DNA from: Octopus sinensis
Lineage: Eukaryota
NCBI RefSeq assembly: GCF_006345805.1
Contig: NW_021825854.1
Span: 1 to 14,377, forward strand
Direction of reading: 5' to 3'
Length of the DNA stretch: 14,377 nt
In this document: positions 9,875-14,377 of the stretch, piece by piece
Layout: each line of letters opens with the position of its first letter
How positions within the stretch are numbered: position 1 is the first letter of the stretch
Position numbers and translations under genes: made by a program
Notes under the pieces: generated by a model
Told to the model about the DNA's origin: nothing
What the model saw: only the letters and a program-made list of their open reading frames with translations
The model's database searches: none

Positions 9875-10087
9875 CGTCCCTGCTATAGGCAGAAGGCCAG
9901 CAATTTCGGAAGAGGGAATAAGTTGATTGTATCTAGCCCATTGTTCAACTGGTACTTATTTTGTCGACCCTGAAAGCGATGCAAAGCAAAGTGGAACTCG
10001 ACGGAATCTGATCTCTGAACATAAAGACGGATGAAATGTCGCCAAACATTTTGTCCGGTGTACTAACCATTCTGCCTACTCGCCACG
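9875..10087 (-). mobile_element. Family A SINE, diverged copy 1 of a head-to-tail triple
   Basis: Reverse complement aligns to the 1271-1410 head and central domain (GGCAGAATGGTTAG, GGGTCGACAAAATAAGTACCAGTT); different 3' tail (...GCCTTCTGCCTATAG). Confidence 0.8.
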
Positions 10088-10100
10088 TTAGTAACGATAA

Positions 10101-10309
10101 CAATTCTTTCTACTAAAGGCACAAGGACTGAAATTTGGGGGAGGGGGACAGTCGATTAGATCGACCCCGGTGTTCCACTGGTACTTATTTGATCGGCCCC
10201 GAAAGGATGAACGGCAAAATTGATCTTGAACTCAAGAACGTAGCGGCAGCGGAAATACCACCGCTAAGCATTTCGCCCGGTGTGCTAATGGTTCTGCCAG
10301 CTTGCCGCC
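10101..10309 (-). mobile_element. Family A SINE, copy 2
   Basis: GGCGGCAAGCTGGCAGAACCATTAGCACACCGGGCGAAATGCTTAGCGGT head; CATCCTTTCGGGGCCGATCAAATAAGTACCAGT; tail ...CCTTGTGCCTTTAGTAGAAAG. Confidence 0.85.
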
Positions 10310-10343
10310 TGAGTAACGATAATGATAAAAAGACGCAACTATA

Positions 10344-10489
10344 GTGCTCAACTGGTACTTACCTCATCGACCTTGAAAGGATGAAAGGCAAAGTCGACCT
10401 CGGAGGAATTTGAACTCAGAACATAAGGACGAGCGATATGCCGCAGAGCATTTCGCCCGGCGTGCTAATGATTCTGCCAGCTCGCTGCC
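10344..10489 (-). mobile_element. Family A SINE, copy 3 (lacks 3' tail)
   Basis: GGCAGCGAGCTGGCAGAATCATTAGC head; GAGTTCAAATTCCTCCGAGGTCGACTTTGCCTTTCATCCTTTCAAGGTCGATG, near-identical to 1340-1390. Confidence 0.88.
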
Positions 10490-10498
10490 TTAGTAACG

Positions 10499-10500
<2 letters not shown>

Positions 10501-10584
<84 letters not shown>
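10501..10584. repeat. Perfect (AAT)28 microsatellite
   Basis: Directly visible. Confidence 0.98.
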
Positions 10585-10585
<1 letters not shown>

Positions 10586-10589
<4 letters not shown>

Positions 10590-10800
10590 CACCAGGACTT
10601 ACAAACACATATAACATACAGAAAATTGCACTACTAGGCACTGCACACATCCTACGCAGAACACTTTCCATACAGTAACCATCAGAGCATCACAACAAAT
10701 CACAGCACATACCCAAGACACACAGAGCTGCGCTCGGTAGTGAAGTGAAAGCACGCTATAAGAATAAAGCTACTGAATAATAATAATAATAATAATAATA
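10586..10800 (+). mobile_element. 5'-truncated 3' end of an R4/Dong-like (restriction-like endonuclease) non-LTR retrotransposon inside (AAT)n
   Basis: 10586-10678 reads KTPGLTNTYNIQKIALLGTAHILRRTLSIQ*, resembling the QK..LLGTA.ILR..L C-terminus of R4/Dong ORFs. About 100-nt 3' UTR with AATAAA, then an (AAT)8 tail. Confidence 0.75.
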
Positions 10801-11383
10801 AGATGCAATAAATGCCCTGATGCAGTAAATGCCCTGATGCAGTACCAGGCAGTGGCTCTCATGGCTTCTATCTTAACTGATTGGAAGTGTTATCATGTAC
10901 ATTGTTTTGTCTAGGTATAAAAGATGGGCTACAGCAAATATTCTGCTCAATACCACAGATTTGCTTGTCAGTTGTTTGACCTTAACCAGTTGAGCATGTC
11001 CCTTGGTGGCTGACGATATGTGCATCTCTGATCACGAGCAGAAGTAGTGGGGGATCATCATAGCCATGTGTTGAGAGGGATTCTTTGGGGTTTGAATAAT
11101 TCACCTCTGGAAACATGGGTGGTTCTTTCAACATCCTTAAACAACCCTTATTCAGGGACCTTTTGAGCGGGATGGGCTACTCAACCTGAAGAAAATTCTA
11201 ACTGGGCCCCACCTGCAAGGTCATGTGCTGTTTATCTTGATATGAGATCACCATGTCGCGCACATATGGTTGTGATGCATGTGCCTGGTGTACCCTTATC
11301 AGACGGGTAGTCATGATGGGTATATTGGGCTTCGTATCTTTTACCCCAGTGTCACTTTGATGGCATGCACTGCTCGCTCACTC

Positions 11384-11416
<33 letters not shown>
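10801..11416 (+). mobile_element. About 580-bp interspersed repeat ending in (AAT)11, probably a non-LTR element 3' UTR
   Basis: Higher-GC block bounded by (AAT)n on both sides, with a 17-bp tandem duplication at the 5' junction. No recognisable ORF; family assignment is from recall only. Confidence 0.55.
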
Positions 11417-11417
<1 letters not shown>

Positions 11418-11529
11418 GTTGTACTAACAGAGGAAGAGGGATAAAAGTTTGGGGTTGGTAGGTGAGTCAGATAACTGGACCTCGGTGTTTGGCTGTTTCT
11501 TTTTGTACGTAACCCAAGAAATAAAAAAC

Positions 11530-11730
11530 ACAAATCAACCGAGGCGAGTTCGAACTCCGAACGACAAAGGATGCTGCTTACTACTTCAAGGAATTTCTTT
11601 ACGCCACATTTAACCGGGCATGAATTTTATCCGGTTCAGAAGAAGATATCGAAATCCTTTCATGGAACTGGTGAAATGAAAGGAAAGGAACCAAATAAAT
11701 TTGACTGTAACCTAAACGTGAAGGTTTTCA
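11530..11730 (-). mobile_element. Very degenerate family A-like SINE remnants
   Basis: ATCAACCGAGGCGAGTTCGAACTCCGAACG resembles GTCGACCTCGGAGGAATTTGAACTCAGAAC at about 10392-10421; AATGAAAGGAAAG resembles GATGAAAGGCAAAG. Confidence 0.35.
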
Positions 11731-11773
11731 CTGGATTCTGAACGGTTGAAAGTTGTGTGGAACACAAGGTGGA

Positions 11774-12029
11774 CAACCACCACCACCACCAGACTATAGC
11801 CGCCAACACCACTATCACCACCACCTATACAACCACCATCAGCACTACACCATCACCACTACTACTACCACCATCACCATAATCATCATCACAACCACCA
11901 CCTGCACTACCACCAACACTACTACTATTATTGCTGCAGAAATGACAACGATGATGATGATGTTGATGATGACGATGATGATGATGATGATGATGAGAAA
12001 GGGGAGGAAGAGGAGGAGGTGGAAGAGGA
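11774..12029. repeat. Mixed trinucleotide low-complexity tract: (CAC/CAT/ACT)n, then (GAT)n, then (GAG)n
   Basis: Directly visible. ORF 11753..12097 (poly-H/T/M/R) is its translation. Confidence 0.9.
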
Positions 12030-12337
12030 CATATATATTTGTTTTAAAACGTCATCTCATCGATAATTATCAGCGACAGAGTCTTTTGATGTGGTGATTG
12101 TACAATATTGATTTAGTAACATCGACTTATCAAGACTTCAGAACGTAGAGAGTTCCCAAAGATCCATACTAAATAGAACCATGCATACACACACCCTACC
12201 TCCCCCTCTCTCTCTTTTTAACCCAAGCCAGCTTCAATATGGTTTCCAATATTTGGATTCAAAAGAAAGTCAACATTTTTAACCTACGTTAATCTTACTA
12301 TGACACATTAACAACCCAACAGCATAAGTTAACTTCT

Positions 12338-12594
12338 AATTAACTCGGAGATAACATACAAATTAGGAAACTAATTTGGTAATAAACCGATACGATACTA
12401 ACTAGTAGAATTTCTAATGAACCAATAAGCTGAAGGCATACTATTTAATGAACGCACTAATTAAATAAATTAATCAGTAACATTAATTAGTGAAGCTTAT
12501 TATTTACAAATAAACTGGTTACATACTGATTAGTGGTATAACTAATTACCTAATAAGCTGATTACATGCCAATTAGTGAACGTAATACTCCAAA
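12338..12594. repeat. Degenerate minisatellite, period about 43 bp, 5-6 units
   Basis: Units start with AATAA(A/G)CYG at 12381, 12424, 12509 and 12552. AATTAGTGAA-like motifs sit at offset +19 (12443, 12485, 12528, 12571) and CTAAT(T/G) at 12371, 12414, 12457 and 12542. Confidence 0.7.
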
Positions 12595-12657
12595 CAACAC
12601 ACCAATCTGTCATCCATCACGCTAACCTTAAACTCACCCATTTTGCATTTTTCTTAG

Positions 12658-12780
12658 TGTGCCGTCATCTCTATAGAATCCTCTCTTTGCCCAAGTTTTC
12701 TCCTGAAGAAGTCAGCTTACAACTATTCAAGCTGAACCTAAGCTGTATTAATCTCACTAATCAGGAAAGACGCCGTGAAG
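12658..12780 (+). other. Candidate 123-nt phase-1/phase-1 exon (CRHLYRILSLPKFSPEEVSLQLFKLNLSCINLTNQERRRE), unverified
   Basis: Branch-like GCTAAC (12621-12626), pyrimidine tract CCCATTTTGCATTTTTCTTAG, donor GAAG|GTGAGG; length is a multiple of 3 with one open frame. No homology recognised. Confidence 0.3.
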
Positions 12781-13089
12781 GTGAGGGGCACTGTCCCTTC
12801 GCCTTGACTAAGCCACAAAAATATGACACTTTACGACTTGCCAATCGTTAAACTTTATTTAATTAGGGATAGAACAGCACATTTGGATAATATAATCCTC
12901 GATACACTGTATTTCAAGAACGAAATTATGCGCTAGTTTCAGTTAGAAACATCTTTGAATATAGATTGACCAGTTGCAGGGTTGGCCTAAGGTTAAATAG
13001 CAGCAACAAGTAACAAAATTGTGTGAATGTAACTCATGTCTGACAGATGTGAAACTGATTGTTGTTGTGGTATCGTTTGGACTTATAAT

Positions 13090-13222
13090 CAAAGGTATTC
13101 CAGTCGTGACCATTCCAACTTTATCCTGTTTGTAGGTAATCCAGGTTCAACTTACTCTTTTCTAAAAAAAAGTATATGATGTGAGGGTGATTTAGCAGCT
13201 GTTTCAAGCAGGTCAAGCCACA
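13090..13222. mobile_element. Highly diverged interspersed-repeat fragment related to 1030-1235
   Basis: See the 1030-1235 feature. Confidence 0.35.
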
Positions 13223-13231
13223 CTGCTAATA

Positions 13232-13615
13232 TATGTTTCTTTATTAGCCACACAGCGCTGAACACAGAAGGGACAAATTACAAAGTAGAGCTTTTCTTTG
13301 AGGGGAGAAAAAAAAGAAAAGAAAAGAAAACGAAAAAGAAAAAGGGGGTAGGTTTTCGATCAAAAGGGATCGTAAAAAGAGAGAAAAGAAACGATCAATA
13401 GGGATCGTGTATCACAGATATGTCATGATGTAAAGTGTAAAGGGGGAAGCAGATAAGGTTTATCCGTGAAAAGAAAAGCCTACGGAAAAGACCACGGTAA
13501 CCACGGTCAATAATGTCACATGTTAACACATTTATTTGTAAGTAAGTAACTGTTTTAAATTTTTCCGGGTTCATAGGATGATGCTCGAGGTGGCTTCGTC
13601 ATTCGTACGTGCCAT
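13232..13615 (-). mobile_element. 5'-truncated LINE 3' end (possibly Tx1/L1 clade): last codons plus T-rich 3' UTR
   Basis: Minus 13615-13571 reads MARTNDEATSSIIL*, followed by a pyrimidine-rich UTR ending TGTGGCTAATAAAGAAA. The end is shared with the family A SINE tail. Clade assignment is from recall. Confidence 0.55.
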
Positions 13616-13905
13616 CAAGCAGTTAATAATATACTGTGAAATACTGGAATCTCCGAAATCTTGACATCTTACTCGGGCTCCTTTTTATGTGGAGGAAAAT
13701 GGATATTGACCACCACAACAACAACAACATCAACAATAGTTTGCTGTCCAATGGTTTGCTCTCCAGAATTGTTAAAACTCCGGAACGATCACGTTTGATG
13801 AATCGTTTTCTACAGATCATAACGTGTAGACTTTCGAATACGCCTTATCACCCTGAGCGGTCACATTATAACATAAGGTACTGGTCGTCTGTCTTTTCCC
13901 GACGA

Positions 13906-14003
13906 GACAGACAGACAGGAAGATAGATAGATAAATAGACAGATAGATGATAGATAGATAGATAGACAGACAGACAACCAGACAGACAAACAGACAGACA
14001 GTC

Positions 14004-14102
<99 letters not shown>

Positions 14103-14104
14103 CA
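13906..14104. repeat. (GACA)n/(GATA)n tetranucleotide array
   Basis: Directly visible. Confidence 0.97.
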
Positions 14105-14234
14105 ATCAGAGAAGTGGCGAGATCGACAGACAGATTAATCGGGAATGTATATGTATTTATTTCGGTGTAGTTATTCGCGTGTGTATATTTGTGTGTACAT
14201 AGTTGCTTGAACCGATCATCGTATACAGCGGCAA

Positions 14235-14290
<56 letters not shown>
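14235..14290. repeat. (CT)n microsatellite
   Basis: Directly visible. Confidence 0.97.
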
Positions 14291-14377
14291 GTCAATCTAT
14301 CATAAAATGTATCTATTTATGTAATTTATGTATTTATTTATATCTCGTGTCGGTTTTAAAATTTTCCATTTTAGATA

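Noticed and set aside
12338-12594. CRISPR-like appearance of periodic palindromic units
   Set aside because: Units are contiguous and diverged with no unique spacers, there are no cas genes, and the context is eukaryotic.
13623-13926. Overlapping 65-aa and 96-aa ORFs
   Set aside because: They are driven partly by a CAA repeat, have no recognisable domain, and have only weak splice signals.

Overview
AT-rich, repeat-dense eukaryotic non-coding DNA (intronic or intergenic). The SINE families and microsatellite load look like an octopus or other coleoid cephalopod genome; this is recalled, not searched. No protein-coding gene can be supported. Nearly all ORFs in the track are microsatellite artefacts, and the few protein-like stretches are 5'-truncated non-LTR retrotransposon ends (RTE-like, R4/Dong-like, possibly Tx1/L1-like). 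The window holds at least four tRNA-headed SINE families, two copies with clear target-site duplications. It also has a stack of retroelements around an (AAT)n microsatellite and long CA/TA/CATA/GATA tracts. The most notable object is a tRNA-headed SINE-like element (9311-9559, minus strand) whose 3' part contains a Penelope-type minimal hammerhead ribozyme motif and is abutted by an inverted copy of its own 3' end. Also seen: a 71-nt pre-miRNA-like hairpin, a degenerate 43-bp TAAT-rich minisatellite, and two weak candidate exons.
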